Assembly (NCBI RefSeq): GCF_001194135.2
Contig: NC_069001.1
Coordinates: 6,003,586-6,067,585, forward strand
Reading direction: 5' to 3'
Length of the DNA: 64,000 nt
Source: Octopus bimaculoides
Taxonomy: Eukaryota
In this document: one piece after another, positions 49,491 to 63,089 of the stretch
How positions within the stretch are numbered: position 1 is the stretch's first letter
How the letters are laid out: each line of letters starts with the position of its first letter
Program-made: the position numbers and the translations under genes
Notes under the pieces: model-generated
Database searches by the model: none
What the model was told of the DNA's origin: nothing
What the model saw: the letters and a program-made list of their open reading frames with translations, nothing else

Positions 49491-49935
49491 TACGGACGGA
49501 CGTCTTTCACTCACAAAGCTTTGGTAGGCCTGAGGTTATAGTAGAAACTGGAACCACACTATTTAAAGGAACAGAAAGTAACAACAAGGGTATGCTTGCT
49601 TCCATAGTATATGATATTAAACATCAAAATGGAGCAGATTCATGACGTAAAAACAATATATATATATATATATACACACTGAAGGTATAGCAATGCCATA
49701 GAAATTTAGGCTAAATATTTCATAATGTGAAGTGTCAAGGAACCAGTGAACCATGTACCTATAATAACTTAAAATAGAAGGAAAAGAATAGCTTCCGGCA
49801 TAGTGTGGAATATACCATAAATGTCTGGTTATGTGCATATATATATATATTTATGATATATACATTATATTCACATCTGCATCTATATATATATATGTAT
49901 GTATGTATGCATGTAGTATGTGATGTGTGTATGTC

Positions 49936-49987
<52 letters not shown>

Positions 49988-50808
49988 NNNNNNNNNNTAC
50001 AGATGCAGGTGTGTCCATGATGTGTTTTATATATATATATATGTGTGTGTATGTATATATATATATATATATATATATACAAACTTATATATACGTACTA
50101 TAGTTGTATATGTGTGTGTGTGCGTGTGTGTGTGTGTGTATATATCTCTGTGTGTGCGCGCGTGTGTGTATGTACTTACAAACACACAAACAAATTTACA
50201 ATACACACATACATATATCTCTATGAAACCTAATAAATCCAATTAAATTTTCAGCCGAACATCAAAGGACAATTCTAACGAAATCTCAAAGGATGGAATC
50301 CCCACACACCTATACACACACACACACACACACGGACAAACACACACACACACACACACATACACACAAGCACACAGTGACACAGAATCACATACCGCAT
50401 ATTCACAAATACATGCATCTATTCACTAATACTTAGAAGCAGACACACACAAATAAGCATGTTCCGACATAAACATAGTTATACGTACATACACATAGTT
50501 ATACGTACATATATATATATATATATATATGGAGAGAGAGAGAGAGATAGAGTGAGTGAGTGAGAGAGATGCACACACGTCGAGTCCATTACATCAACAT
50601 TCACCGGCATGCCTTGCTCGTTGTATTTCCGTTCCGTAAATACATGTAATCACATACTCAGACACGCATATGCTTACAGATCACAGTCACCTAAAGTTCT
50701 TGTTTGCACAGATACCTTGTGCCTCATGCGTAAACATACATACGCAAATGCCTCCACCGACAGCAAAAATTCATATCTCGCAGCCTCGTTCTCAGAAGCA
50801 TATATGAT

Positions 50809-50882
<74 letters not shown>

Positions 50883-50892
50883 CACATGGATG

Positions 50893-50961
<69 letters not shown>

Positions 50962-52221
50962 GTTTCTTTATTAGCCACAAAGGGCTCAACACAGAGTGGA
51001 CAAAATACAAATGTANNNNNNNNNNNNNNNNNNNNNNNNNNNNNNNNNNNNNNNNNNNNNNNNNNNNNNNNNNNNNNNNNNNNNNNNNNNNNNNNNNNNN
51101 NNNNNNNNNNNNNNNNNNNNNNNNNNNNNNNNNNNNNNNNNNNNNNNNNNNNNNNNNNNNNNNNNNNNNNNNNNNNNNNNNNNNNNNNNNNNNNNNNNNN
51201 NNNNNNNNNNNNNNNNNNNNNNNNNNNNNNNNNNNNNNNNNNNNNNNNNNNNNNNNNNNNNNNNNNNNNNNNNNNNNNNNNNNNNNNNNNNNNNNNNNNN
51301 NNNNNNNNNNNNNNNNNNNNNNNNNNNNNNNNNNNNNNNNNNNNNNNNNNNNNNNNNNNNNNNNNNNNNNNNNNNNNNNNNNNNNNNNNNNNNNNNNNNN
51401 NNNNNNNNNNNNNNNNNNNNNNNNNNNNNNNNNNNNNNNNNNNNNNNNNNNNNNNNNNNNNNNNNNNNNNNNNNNNNNNNNNNNNNNNNNNNNNNNNNNN
51501 NNNNNNNNNNNNNNNNNNNNNNNNNNNNNNNNNNNNNNNNNNNNNNNNNNNNNNNNNNNNNNNNNNNNNNNNNNNNNNNNNNNNNNNNNATATAATACAA
51601 AGAATATATATACATGTATACACACATATATGTACATACTTACATCTACATGTGTATATACATGCATATCAGGGTACAGGACGTTAGAACAATAAACTAC
51701 AGACAACGGAACGAACATATAGGAAAACGGAAAGCCACTTGGAATATCCCTTCATCAGCTGTCTCTATTCTATCTAGACGTTTCGAAGATATATATATAT
51801 ATATGCACCGATGTATGCTTCTGTATTCACTTCTCACGCATACAGACACCAACGGACATGTTTAATACATACACGCTGACATAAGCATATAATTATCTTT
51901 AGATAAATCCAAGTCATACATATATATATATGCACACATACGGACATATTCGCATGCATGCATGCATACATACACATAAACACGCACATACATGTGCAAG
52001 CTTTACACAAACATAAATACATGTGCATAGTATTGGGGTGGAATGGCGGAATGGCGGAGACATATGTCCAAGCGAAACAGTCTGTGTAGTGAAAAATCCT
52101 ACTCTGGAATTCTTGGACCATTTCTGAGTGAAATGACAGGTTTACCGTTTGAAAGTGTCTTCTAATGAATATGTTGTGTTGTCCAAAGTCAACTTGATTA
52201 ATGAGAGGAATCGATAATGGC

Positions 52222-52286
<65 letters not shown>

Positions 52287-52655
52287 TAATTTGAAGAAGA
52301 AGAAGAAGAAGAAGAAGAAGAAGAAGAAGAAGAAGAAGAAGAAGAAGAAGAAGAAGAAGAAGAAGAAGAAGAAGAAGAACGGTAACAGATTGAATGTTAC
52401 CGTTATTGGTTGAAGCTGATGAACATAAAGAGAGCTGTAAAGCCATGCGTAGCGACAGCGGCTTTGGAAACGGTTAAGATTACAAGAAGGACAAGAACAT
52501 ACCAAAGCTAAGATTATACATTAGGGGATGTATGTATGTGTATGTATGTATATATATATAAACTTACTTGGAAATGGATACGTGGCGGTCAATTAAATAA
52601 TAATATAAATAATATATATAAACATATATATATATATATATATATATAAGCAATG

Positions 52656-52697
<42 letters not shown>

Positions 52698-53706
52698 NNN
52701 NNNNNNNNNNNNNNNNNNNNNNNNNNNNNNNNNNNNNNNNNNNNNNNNNNNNNNNNNNNNNNNNNNNNNNNNNNNNNNNNNNNNNNNNNNNNNNNNNNNN
52801 NNNNNNNNNNNNNNNNNNNNNNNNNNNNNNNNNNNNNNNNNNNNNNNNNNNNNNNNNNNNNNNNNNNNNNNNNNNNNNNNNNNNNNNNNNNNNNNNNNNN
52901 NNNNNNNNNNNNNNNNNNNNNNNNNNNNNNNNNNNNNNNNNNNNNNNNNNNNNNNNNNNNNNNNNNNNNNNNNNNNNNNNNNNNNNNNNNNNNNNNNNNN
53001 NNNNNNNNNNNNNNNNNNNNNNNNNNNNNNNNNNNNNNNNNNNNNNNNNNNNNNNNNNNNNNNNNNNNNNNNNNNNNNNNNNNNNNNNNNNNNNNNNNNN
53101 NNNNNNNNNNNNNNNNNNNNNNNNNNNNNNNNNNNNNNNNNNNNNNNNNNNNNNNNNNNNNNNNNNNNNNNNNNNNNNNNNNNNNNNNNNNNNNNNNNNN
53201 NNNNNNNNNNNNNNNNNNNNNNNNNNNNNNNNNNNNNNNNNNNNNNNNNNNNNNNNNNNNNNNNNNNNNNNNNNNNNNNNNNNNNNNNNNNNNNNNNNNN
53301 NNNNNNNNNNNNNNNNNNNNNNNGATTACGACGACGGCGACAACGACGACGATGATGATGATGGGGAGAAGCAGAATATTTGATAGTTTTACAGTGTGTG
53401 TTTATGTGTCTGCATATGTGTGACAGTTTATGACTGTATGTGTGTGTGTGTGTGTGTGTACGTGTCTGTGTACGTGCGTGTGTGTGTGTATGTGTATGTT
53501 TCCAATTACAGATGTCCTTGCATGTATTAATCTACGTGTTTTGAATTTCGTATGATTACATATGTGCGTGTGAGTGTGTGTGCGTGTGTGTGTGTGCGTG
53601 CGCGCGTGTGTGTGTGTGCAATGCTACTCGTGTGAATATACTCTTCCTACACGTGAGACGTCAGGAATGTTTTACATATCTTCATAGTTTCATTAATGGT
53701 TTATAA

Positions 53707-53880
53707 TTAAAATTTCGTAATTAGCCGTATCCTTTCTGGTTTCTTAAGATTTGTGGTGGAGTAGTTAGTTATATATCCAAGTGATCTAATAATTATAGGT
53801 ATAATTCTTAATCTATAATCCAGGTGTAGTGCTAGCAGGTTTCTCATTAGCTCAGCAATGATGGTTTCCTCTTCTAACGT
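53707..53880 (-). mobile_element. Degraded RLE-domain C-terminal fragment (same type as 3975-4575)
   Basis: The minus strand reads EEETIIAELMRNLLALHLDYRLRIIPIIIRSLGYITNYSTTNL, aligning by eye to EKENNYGQL..NL.LLYPDYKFTIMPIIIAALGYV. Confidence 0.6.
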
Positions 53881-54895
53881 TTTCTGTCTGTCTGTTTGTC
53901 TCTCTGTCTGTATGTATGCATGTATGTATGTATGTATGTATGTATTCGTGTATGTGTGTATGCATGTATGAATGTATGTATGTGTGTAGGCATGTATGTG
54001 TGTGTGTATGTATGTATGTATGTATGTATACATGTGTATGTATGTATGTGTGCATATGTATGTATGCAAGTGTGTATGTATGTGTGTATGCATGTATGTA
54101 CGTATGTGTGTGTATGCATGTATATATGTATGTATGTGCGTGTATGTATGTATGTATGTATGTACGCATGTATGTATGCATGTATGTATGTAAGTATGTG
54201 TGTGTATGCATGTATGTATGTATATATGTTTGTATTGTTCAGCAGGTCATTTTTAGTTGTGGTTGTTTGTTTGTTTGTTTGCTTTTTGCAGAGGGTGGAA
54301 CAAGTTTNNNNNNNNNNNNNNNNNNNNNNNNNNNNNNNNNNNNNNNNNNNNNNNNNNNNNNNNNNNNNNNNNNNNNNNNNNNNNNNNNNNNNNNNNNNNN
54401 NNNNNNNNNNNNNNNNNNNNNNNNNNNNNNNNNNNNNNNNNNNNNNNNNNNNNNNNNNNNNNNNNNNNNNNNNNNNNNNNNNNNNNNNNNNNNNNNNNNN
54501 NNNNNNNNNNNNNNNNNNNNNNNNNNNNNNNNNNNNNNNNNNNNNNNAGTTGTGGTTGTTTGTTTGTTTGTTTGCTTTTTGCAGAGGGTGGAACAAGTTT
54601 CCCACTTCTAACCACCAAAAATACAAATTTGAATTCTTCCAATTCAATGTAAAATGTTACAAAATAAGTTCCAGTTATTTTTTGATTTGGTTCATTTTCT
54701 GGCTCATACAGCACCAGGTTATCCACAATAAGGTAAAAAAAGAAAACGTTTACTAGGTTCAGGGTATACATTTCTGTACGAACTATATTTTGTGAACGTA
54801 TATGAAAATTAGCTTAAAGCGAGGTCAAAAAGCAGCAGTGACAAGCCAACACCTTGCGGGATGCCTTTTTGATAATACATGGTGTTTGATTTTTT

Positions 54896-54932
<37 letters not shown>

Positions 54933-56202
54933 TTATCATTTCTGAAAAGTGAAGTCGTGTACCGAGTCTTGGTCGAGTGCTGAATCGTAGCGATCGCAAT
55001 CAGTGGTCGTGGAACTTTAGCTAATTGCAATACTTTGATAATCCACCCATGTGGTGTCGTATCAAAGGCTTCCTCAGAGATCAGTCACAGCACAAATAAA
55101 TCCCTACCGTTTTTATTGTCTTTTTCGTGTATCATATCGTTGATTAGTGCCCGCTCTGTATAGCCCTAGACATCTTTCTTTCTCCCTCCCCCACCTTGTT
55201 CATATGTTATATTTATATATCTGTATGTAAGTATGTATGATTGTATATATATGTATGTATATGCACGTATGTATATACATATATGTATGCGAGTGTATAT
55301 GTGTATCTATGTATATATAGAGAAAGACGAAAACAATCATAGGTATGTGTGTGTATTTATATATATGTGTGTATGTGTGCATGTGTGTGTGTATAAATGT
55401 ATGTGTATATATATATATTTATATATTTATGTATATATATATATGTGAATATATATATATATGTATATACATGTGTNNNNNNNNNNNNNNNNNNNNNNNN
55501 NNNNNNNNNNNNNNNNNNNNNNNNNNNNNNNNNNNNNNNNNNNNNNNNNNNNNNNNNNNNNNNNNNNNNNNNNNNNNNNNNNNNNNNNNNNNNNNNNNNN
55601 NNNNNNNNNNNNNNNNNNNNNNNNNNNNNNNNNNNNNNNNNNNNNNNNNNNNNNNNNNNNNNNNNNNNNNNNNNNNNNNNNNNNNNNNNNNNNNNNNNNN
55701 NNNNNNNNNNNNNNNNNNNNNNNNNNNNNNNNNNNNNNNNNNNNNNNNNNNNNNNNNNNNNNNNNNNNNNNNNNNNNNNNNNNNNNNNNNNNNNNNNNNN
55801 NNNNNNNNNNNNNNNNNNNNNNNNNNNNNNNNNNNNNNNNNNNNNNNNNNNNNNNNNNNNNNNNNNNNNNNNNNNNNNNNNNNNNNNNNNNNNNNNNNNN
55901 NNNNNNNNNNNNNNNNNNNNNNNNNNNNNNNNNNNNNNNNNNNNNNNNNNNNNNNNNNNNNNNNNNNNNNNNNNNNNNNNNNNNNNNNNNNNNNNNNNNN
56001 NNAAATTATTAAGTCCAATAATTTATAAACATCGTATTATTAAACTGGAAAAATTATCAGAAAAGCCATTTCTATTAATATTTTCGAATATACATATATA
56101 ATCACACACACACATACACACACATATGTATATATATGTATGTATGTATGGATGGATGGATGGATGGATGGATGGATGGATGGATGGATGGATGGATAAA
56201 TG

Positions 56203-56231
<29 letters not shown>

Positions 56232-56233
<2 letters not shown>

Positions 56234-56425
56234 GGCGGCTAGCTTGTGGAATCGTTAGAGCCTTAGAAAAAAATGTTTCATTGTATTTGTTCTGAGTTGA
56301 AAATCCCACCAAGATCAACTTTGCCTTTCTTCTTTCGGGATCAACGCGATTAAGTATTTGTCGATGGCAGCGACTAATCCCAAACACACACTATTAAAAT
56401 TGCTGGTCTGGTACCTAAATCAGAA
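56232..56425 (+). mobile_element. SINE family A (diverged)
   Basis: aaggcggctagcttgtggaatcgttag...ctgagttgaaaatccc...tttgcctttc. Confidence 0.7.
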
Positions 56426-56462
56426 GCCATTATTATTATTATAATTACTATCATTATTATTA

Positions 56463-56494
<32 letters not shown>

Positions 56495-56497
<3 letters not shown>

Positions 56498-56850
56498 TAG
56501 TTTTATTTTTATAACGTGCTTTCACTTCACTACCGAGCGCAGCTCTGTGCGCCTTGGGTATGTGCTGTGGTTTGCTGTGGTGCTCTTATGTTTACTGTAT
56601 TGAAAGTGTTTTGCGTAGAATGTGTGCAGTACCCAGTAGTGCAATTTTCTGTATGTTATATATATTTGTAAGTCCTGGTGTTTTTGTTATGTATTTGTCT
56701 GAATATTTTTTTATTATACCTAAGGCACCTACTATGATAGGAATTGTTTCTGTTTTTAGATTCCACATTCGAGTTATCTCTATTTCCAGGTCTTTGTATT
56801 TTGAAAGTTTTTCCATTTCTTTTAGAGAAACGTTGTCATCTGCTGGTATT

Positions 56851-56851
<1 letters not shown>
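56495..56851 (-). mobile_element. 5'-truncated R4/Dong-like retrotransposon 3' end inserted in a (TTA)n microsatellite
   Basis: Open frame IPADDNVSLKEMEKLSKYKDLEIEITRMWNLKTETIPIIVGALGIIKK...IQKIALLGTAHILRKTLSIQ* (RLE C-terminus). It is followed by a ~95-nt 3' UTR with AATAAA and is flanked on both sides by (TTA)n tracts. Confidence 0.9.
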
Positions 56852-56887
<36 letters not shown>

Positions 56888-56908
56888 TATTATTATTTCA
56901 TCGTTTAG

Positions 56909-57035
56909 CCATGGAGGTGGACAAGTTGATAGCCAGTGTACGCACGAAGACCAGATGCCCTTGTTATAAATGTGTCAACAAAAACAAAGGATATTTAATC
57001 ATGGTTGCCTTGATGGGAAAGATGTACCGAAACGT
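56909..57035 (+). CDS. molo-1-like: Coding exon 2 of the MOLO-1-like gene
   Basis: Acceptor tttcatcgtttag|CC; phase 1 joins exon 1 (G+CC=Ala). It reads MEVDKLIASVRTKTRCPCYKCVNKNKGYLIMVALMGKMYRNV, which has the D.LI..+...T.CPC..C....GY.I.VAL pattern expected next in this family. Donor GT|GTAAGT at 57036. Confidence 0.85.
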
Positions 57036-57224
57036 GTAAGTAAGGAAATTATTTGATTAAATTTGACAAATGTAAATTGCAGAAAGAGGTGTCGAGTTCT
57101 TGGCGATCATTGCTTTGAACAAGTGTAATAATTGCTCAGTAAATAAATCTTTCTTTGTGGAAAGATTTCCCTTAATAATGAATTCCTTCATTTGCTTATT
57201 TGCGCGCGCGCGCGTGTGTTTGTG

Positions 57225-57579
57225 TGTGTTTCTTTCTGTTTGTCCCCTCACCATCGCTTGACAACTGATGTTAGTGTGTTTATGTCCCCGTAACTTAGTG
57301 GTTCAGCAAAAGAAACTGATAGAATAAGTACTAGGCTTACAAGGAATAAGTCATTGGGTCGATCTGTTCGACTAAAGGCAATGCTCCAGTATGGCCACAG
57401 TCAAATGACTGAAACAAGCAAAAGAATAAAAGAATATATCCCTTTTCTACTCTAGGCACAAGGTCCTAAATTTTGGGGGAGGGGGCCAGTCGATTAGATC
57501 AACGCCAGTACACAACTGGTACTTAATTTATCGACCCCGAAAGGATGAAAAGCAAAGTCCACCTCGGCANNNNNNNNNN

Positions 57580-57615
<36 letters not shown>

Positions 57616-57770
57616 GACTCAGTTTCCATCAATCAAGTCCACTCACCAGGCTTTGGTCAGCCCGAGGTTATAGTAGAAGACACTGGCCGAAGGTGCTACG
57701 CAGTGAGACTGAACCTGGAGCTATGCTGTTGGGAAATAAACGTCTTACCACATAGCCACTCGTACGCCTA
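57225..57770. mobile_element. SINE cluster: B tail (+, 57225-57430), A 3' half (-, 57435-57569), B head (-, 57615-57770)
   Basis: Motif matches to other copies. Confidence 0.8.
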
Positions 57771-58126
57771 TACAGAACTTCCTTTTTTTTATTTTGTTGT
57801 ATAGAGTTCAAATTAAAATATAAATTCGGTAAAGGATCGTGTATATGACAGTTGAATTATTAAGAACTGATGTTTAAATCAGATATGATGCCAATATTAT
57901 CGCGATCAATTGTCTATTAAAAATAGCAATATGGCTTCTCTACAGGATTTGATGATGACAAGCCAAAAGAATAAAGAAACGGCAAGATGTAATCGTTCAG
58001 TTGTAAAGTACACATCCTCTCTTGTTAAATTTAATTACGAACTGAACGTTCCTATATCAAAATACTAAATCATAAAGTATGAAATATCAGTTACTACAAC
58101 TGCCCAACGCATTGTTGTTAACTGAA

Positions 58127-59010
58127 AGGCGGTGAGCTGGCAGAATCGTTAGCGCGCCGGGCGAAATGCTTGGCGGTATTTCGTCCGTCTTCACATTCTG
58201 AGTTCAAATTCCATCGAGGTCGGCCTTGACTTTCATCCTTTTGGGGTTGACAAATTACGTATTAGTGAAGCACTGGGATCGATGTAATCGACTAGTTCCC
58301 TCGCCCAAAATTCCAGGCCTTGTGCCTATAATAGAAAGGATTATTGCTAACTGCACCGAATCTTAATACAATGTGAAGGCGCATGGCTTAGTCGTTAGGG
58401 TACTCGGCTCACGGCCGTAAGGTCGTGAGATCGATTCCTTGTGATGCTTTGTGTCCTTCAGAAAGACGCTTTATTTTACACGGCTGGCAAAAATGAGTTG
58501 CATCTGTAATTCAAAGGGCCACCTTTGTCCCATTCTGTGTCACGTTGAATCTCACTGAGAACTACGTTAAATGTACTCATGTCTGTGGAGTGCTCAGCCA
58601 CTTGCACATTAATTTCCCAAGCAGGCTGTTCCGTTGATCGGTTCAACTGGAACACTCGTCGTCGTAACCGACGGAGTGCCACATAAGTTATATATATATG
58701 TATGTATGTATGTACGTATCCATGAGTGGATTAGATCTTAGGACGTTTGGCTCACGAGTTCGATTCTTAGTTTTGCGTTGTGTCCTTGAGCAAGACACTT
58801 TATTTCACGCTGCTCCAGTTCCAATTAGCTGGCAAAAATAAGTAGTACCTGTATTTCAAAAGGACCAGCCTTTTCATGTTCTGTGTCACGCTGAATCTCC
58901 TTGAGAACTACATAAGGTTATACGTTCAGCCACTTGCACGTTAATATCGCGAGGAGGCTGTTCTGTTGATTGGATCAACTGGAATGGTTATCGTCGTAAC
59001 CGACGAAGTG
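58127..59010 (+). mobile_element. SINE cluster: A (58127-58345), C (58378-58680), C (58725-59010)
   Basis: The two family C copies share gtgtcacg.tgaatctc...gagaactac...cagccacttgcac...gtcgtaaccgacg. Confidence 0.85.
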
Positions 59011-59679
59011 CTAGTAAATACGATAACAGAATTTATGGATTTCACTTAAGTGTCATTGGTCAACTAGAGCAAAGATGATCAAGGGTTAATAAACAACAAA
59101 AGAAGGCAACAGCAACAATAAAAGAAATAAAACAACAAAACCAAGAATAATAACAGCGAAGAGGAGTTTTTTTTTCCTGCTGCTTAGTCCTAAGCGAGCT
59201 TTTTGATCCAACAGAATTATAACTCAAAGGCATTCAAGCCGGAACCATCACATTTTTTTTTCTGGCATGATTCCACATTCTTCGAGGTGTCCTTAATTTT
59301 TTTTAAGACAGTAAAATGTGATTTCGAGGAAGATTTTGGGTGTTGTTTATAGCAAATCAAACGACTACGTAAAATATTTCTTATTGGCTTGAGACTCTCA
59401 AGGTTATAAAAACTGGAAGTGGTTTAAAGAAGTGTTTACGTCACGTATGAATAATGGATTCTTTCTATAGAGAGATAAAAACAGATAACTATTCCAGTTG
59501 GTGTGAGGATGTAAGAGGGAATGTTACAAAGACTTGAGAACAAAGAGCTGTGTTATGAAAACTTGAGCTTCAGGAAGTAACCAGGGAAAGTTTAAAATGT
59601 GGTTTTACAGATCTGTCTAAATAAATATTAAGCCTTCAGCATTTGGAAAATGCTAACATATACCTAATGGTATAATAAC

Positions 59680-60680
59680 TCTTTCTGATTTTGGCACAAA
59701 TTCAAAGATTGTGAAAGGAGGAGATAAGTTGTTGTCATCGACTCCAGTATTTGACTGGTACTTTGTTGATCGACCCCCGAATAGATGAAGAGCGAAATCG
59801 ACCTCGATGGCATCCGAAAACAGAACGAAAAGAGCCAGAAGAAAAACCCCTGCTAAGCATTTTGTCCGACGTGCTAACGATTCTGCCAAGTCGCTGCTTT
59901 ACCTAAAGGGATAACAATGACATTTATTGTACGGTGTCAGGCATATTTAGTTATCTTTGATGCATTGAAAATTCTATAATGTAATATTGATTTCAAATTT
60001 TAGCACAACACCAGCAATTTCGGAGAAGGGGGAGGAAAATAGTCGATTACATCGACCTCAGTATTTCGCTGGTACCAATCAAGGCCTTGCGAGTGGATTT
60101 GGTAGAGGGAAACTGAAAGAAGCCCGTCGTATACACCTGTCTGCATGAGTGAATGTGTGTGTGTGTGTGTGTGTGGTGTGGTGTGCGTGTGTGTGTGTGT
60201 GTGAGTGTAGGCACAGGCGTGGCTGTGTAGTACGAAGTTAGCTTCCCAACCACATGGTTCTGGGTTCATTCTCACTGCGTAGCACCTTCAGCAAACGACT
60301 TCTACAATAGTCTCGACCCGACCAAAGCCTTGGGAATGGATTTGGTTGACGGAAACCGAAAGAAGCCCGTCGTATATATATATATGAGTGTGTGTGTGTG
60401 TGTGAGTGTGTGTGTATGTGTGTGTGCATGCATGTGTATGTGTGCGTGTGTTTGTGTTTGTGTCTGTGTTTGTTCCCCACCACCGCTTAACAGCCGGTGT
60501 TGGTGAGTTTACGTCCCCGTAACTTAGCAGCTCGGCGAAAGAGGATTATAGAATAAGTATCAGGCTTTATATAAATAATAAATACTTGGGATCGATTCGT
60601 TCGACTAAAATTCTTCAAGGTGGTGTGCCCCAGCATGGCCGCAGTTTAATGGCTGAAACAATCAAAAGATAAAACGTAAA
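59680..60680. mobile_element. SINE cluster: A (-, 59680-59900), A/B fragments (59995-60125), full B (+, 60210-60680)
   Basis: Motif matches to other copies. Confidence 0.82.
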
Positions 60681-61075
60681 CGCTATGAAATTCAAAGGTA
60701 TCCTCTTCTATGATCCTACATTTCTTATGATAACCTCAACAGTCTATTTAAAGTCGCTACACATAAACAAGCACCGCACCGCAACAGCACCACCATCCCA
60801 CCTCTGAATAAATCAATAAAACTGCCGCTCAATTTTGACGTTAGATGAACCAGTTCTCACAATACAAGCTGGCATTCTCTTCGATATTAAGTGGCTTTCT
60901 CAGAAATAAAACCTCTTGCACAGATTTATCCAATTCACAATGAATAATGTCATCTCTATTGACATGAAACTTTACAGTGTGGTTTTATCCTACTTTTTTT
61001 GCATTCGTTGCTCATATACATATAGATATGCATATATACACACACATACACATACATATACATACATACATACAC

Positions 61076-61116
<41 letters not shown>

Positions 61117-61379
61117 TACATATATATACATATATATANNNNNNNNNNNNNNNNNNNNNNNNNNNNNNNNNNNNNNNNNNNNNNNNNNNNNNNNNNNNNN
61201 NNNNNNNNNNNNNNNNNNNNNNNNNNNNNNNNNNNNNNNNNNNNNNNCAATCGTCGAAGAAAAGCATCACGACTAATTAACTGAATAAATATGTTAAGGT
61301 GCTGAACAATCGACCAAAGAAATGCGATATGACATTTTGAATTAGTCACATTCTATCAGATTTTCAACGCCTTTCTATC

Positions 61380-61407
61380 TCACACACACACATTCTCTAT
61401 CTCTCTA

Positions 61408-61446
<39 letters not shown>

Positions 61447-62080
61447 CTTTCTCTATCTCTTTCTCTATCTCTTTCTCTATCTCTCTCTTTCTCACTTTCT
61501 CTTTCCCTCTCTCTCTTCCTCTCTCTCCCTCTCTCTCCTTCTTTCTCTCACTCTCTCTCGCCCTCTCACCCTCACTCTCTCACCCTCACTCTCTCACCCT
61601 CACTCTCCCACCCTCACTCTCTCACTCTCACTCTCTCACCCTCTCTCTCGTCCTTTCCCTCCCTCTTTGTCTCTCTCTTTCTCACTTTCTTTCTCCCTCT
61701 CCCTTTTTCTCTATCTCTTTTTCTCTCTATCTCTCCCTCTCTCTCCCTCTCTCTCATTTTCTCTGTCCCTCCCTCTATCTCACACTCTCCTTCCCTCCCT
61801 CCTTCTTCTCCCATCCTCTCTCCCTCTTTCTTCCCCTCTCTCCCTCTCTCTTCCTTTCCCTCTTTCTCTGTCTCTTTCCCTCACTCTCTCTTTCTCACTT
61901 TCTTTCTCTTTCTCAATCTCTTTTTCTCTCTCTATCTCTCTATCTCTCTATCTCTTTCCCTCTCCCTCACTCTCTATCTTTATCTCTTTCTTTCTCACCC
62001 TCTTTTTCTATCTCTTTTTCGCTCTGTTTCTCCCTCTCTCTCCCTCTCCCTCTCTCTCTATCTATCTCTTTCTCTCTTCT
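61380..62080. repeat. ~700-bp cryptic (CT)-rich polypyrimidine tract, including a 14-bp tctcaccctcactc repeat
   Basis: Direct inspection; it explains the SL-rich ORF at 61667-62176. Confidence 0.92.
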
Positions 62081-63089
62081 AGAAACGAAGACTTACTAAA
62101 TAAGAACACAGTCATTGCTCAGTTTTTCTCTGTCAAAATAGATATTCTATCTTTTACCTCGTCTCTTACATTTTAAAAGCTACTTCACATATAGAACCAT
62201 TTTATATCAAATCTCCATCTCTTCAAATATTTGATATTAATTGACAGCAACTTTCTCATTGATGGAATTTTCTTCTTGGACGTAGAATCTATCAGTTGAT
62301 TTATTGATCTTTACTAAGGTGGTCATCTTCAATGATTAGTTTCAAAGCATTCGCTAATGTAGCATGTTATAACGTATTCAGTTTAATTATCTCCTATTCT
62401 TGTATTTCCTATCTTGACGTACGAACATATTACAAAGCACTTGAGATTCTGATGTACTGTGGAACGAAACCTATTATTTTCAAATGAAATCTTTCATTCA
62501 GTGTTTTGTGAAAGAGAAGATACAGATATAACTGTTAGACGAAGACTTGAGTTCAATATCATATCTATAACATTATAACATTTAATTTACTCACCCCGCA
62601 TTATACATACATATATTCATACATACAGACAACACACACACACAAGTGCCATGTATATATTTGCATATATAAATGAGTATGAATGTATATATATATATAT
62701 TTGTGTGTGTGTGTGTGTGTGCGTTGTATGTGTGTGTTGTGTGTGTGTATGTGTGTGTGTGTTGTGTGTGTGATGGACTCACCGATTTTCACGTATAAAG
62801 CGTCCAGTCGTTCCATGAATTGGAATGACCTATTCAGTGAATTAACGTGGCTGTGTATTCCACAGGCGCATGAATGCTTAAATTAAATACCAGACAGAAG
62901 TTATGTATGTTTGTGTATGTGTGTGTGTCTACACACAAACACACACACACACATGAAGGATATTCATTAACTATCCGTAATGCATTTGGAAAAAAAATCA
63001 TCTTTTAGGGATATTGTGTCACTTTCTTTACCATAACGAACCAAAAGTTATCAGATCTCAAAAAAAGGATAAAGCTCTTTTCAAGTCAT

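Noticed and set aside
51741-51785. Hammerhead core halves on the - strand (CGAAACGTC ... CTGATGA)
   Set aside because: Stem I cannot be formed and the stem II closing pair is mismatched by hand folding. An Infernal scan with hammerhead models would settle it.
52395-52480. CTGATGA ... GAAAC with a plausible stem III (accgt/acggt)
   Set aside because: There is no stem I and no stem II adjacent to the core, so it is not a credible ribozyme.
54255-54600. 53-bp direct repeat flanking an N-gap (54255-54307 and 54548-54600)
   Set aside because: It is typical of unmerged overlapping contig ends, i.e. an assembly artefact. A similar case flanks the gap at 15945-16007.
56554-56908. N-terminal part of the 161-aa ORF 56554-57039
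   Set aside because: It is the antisense of the retrotransposon plus (TTA)n; only 56909-57035 is the real exon.
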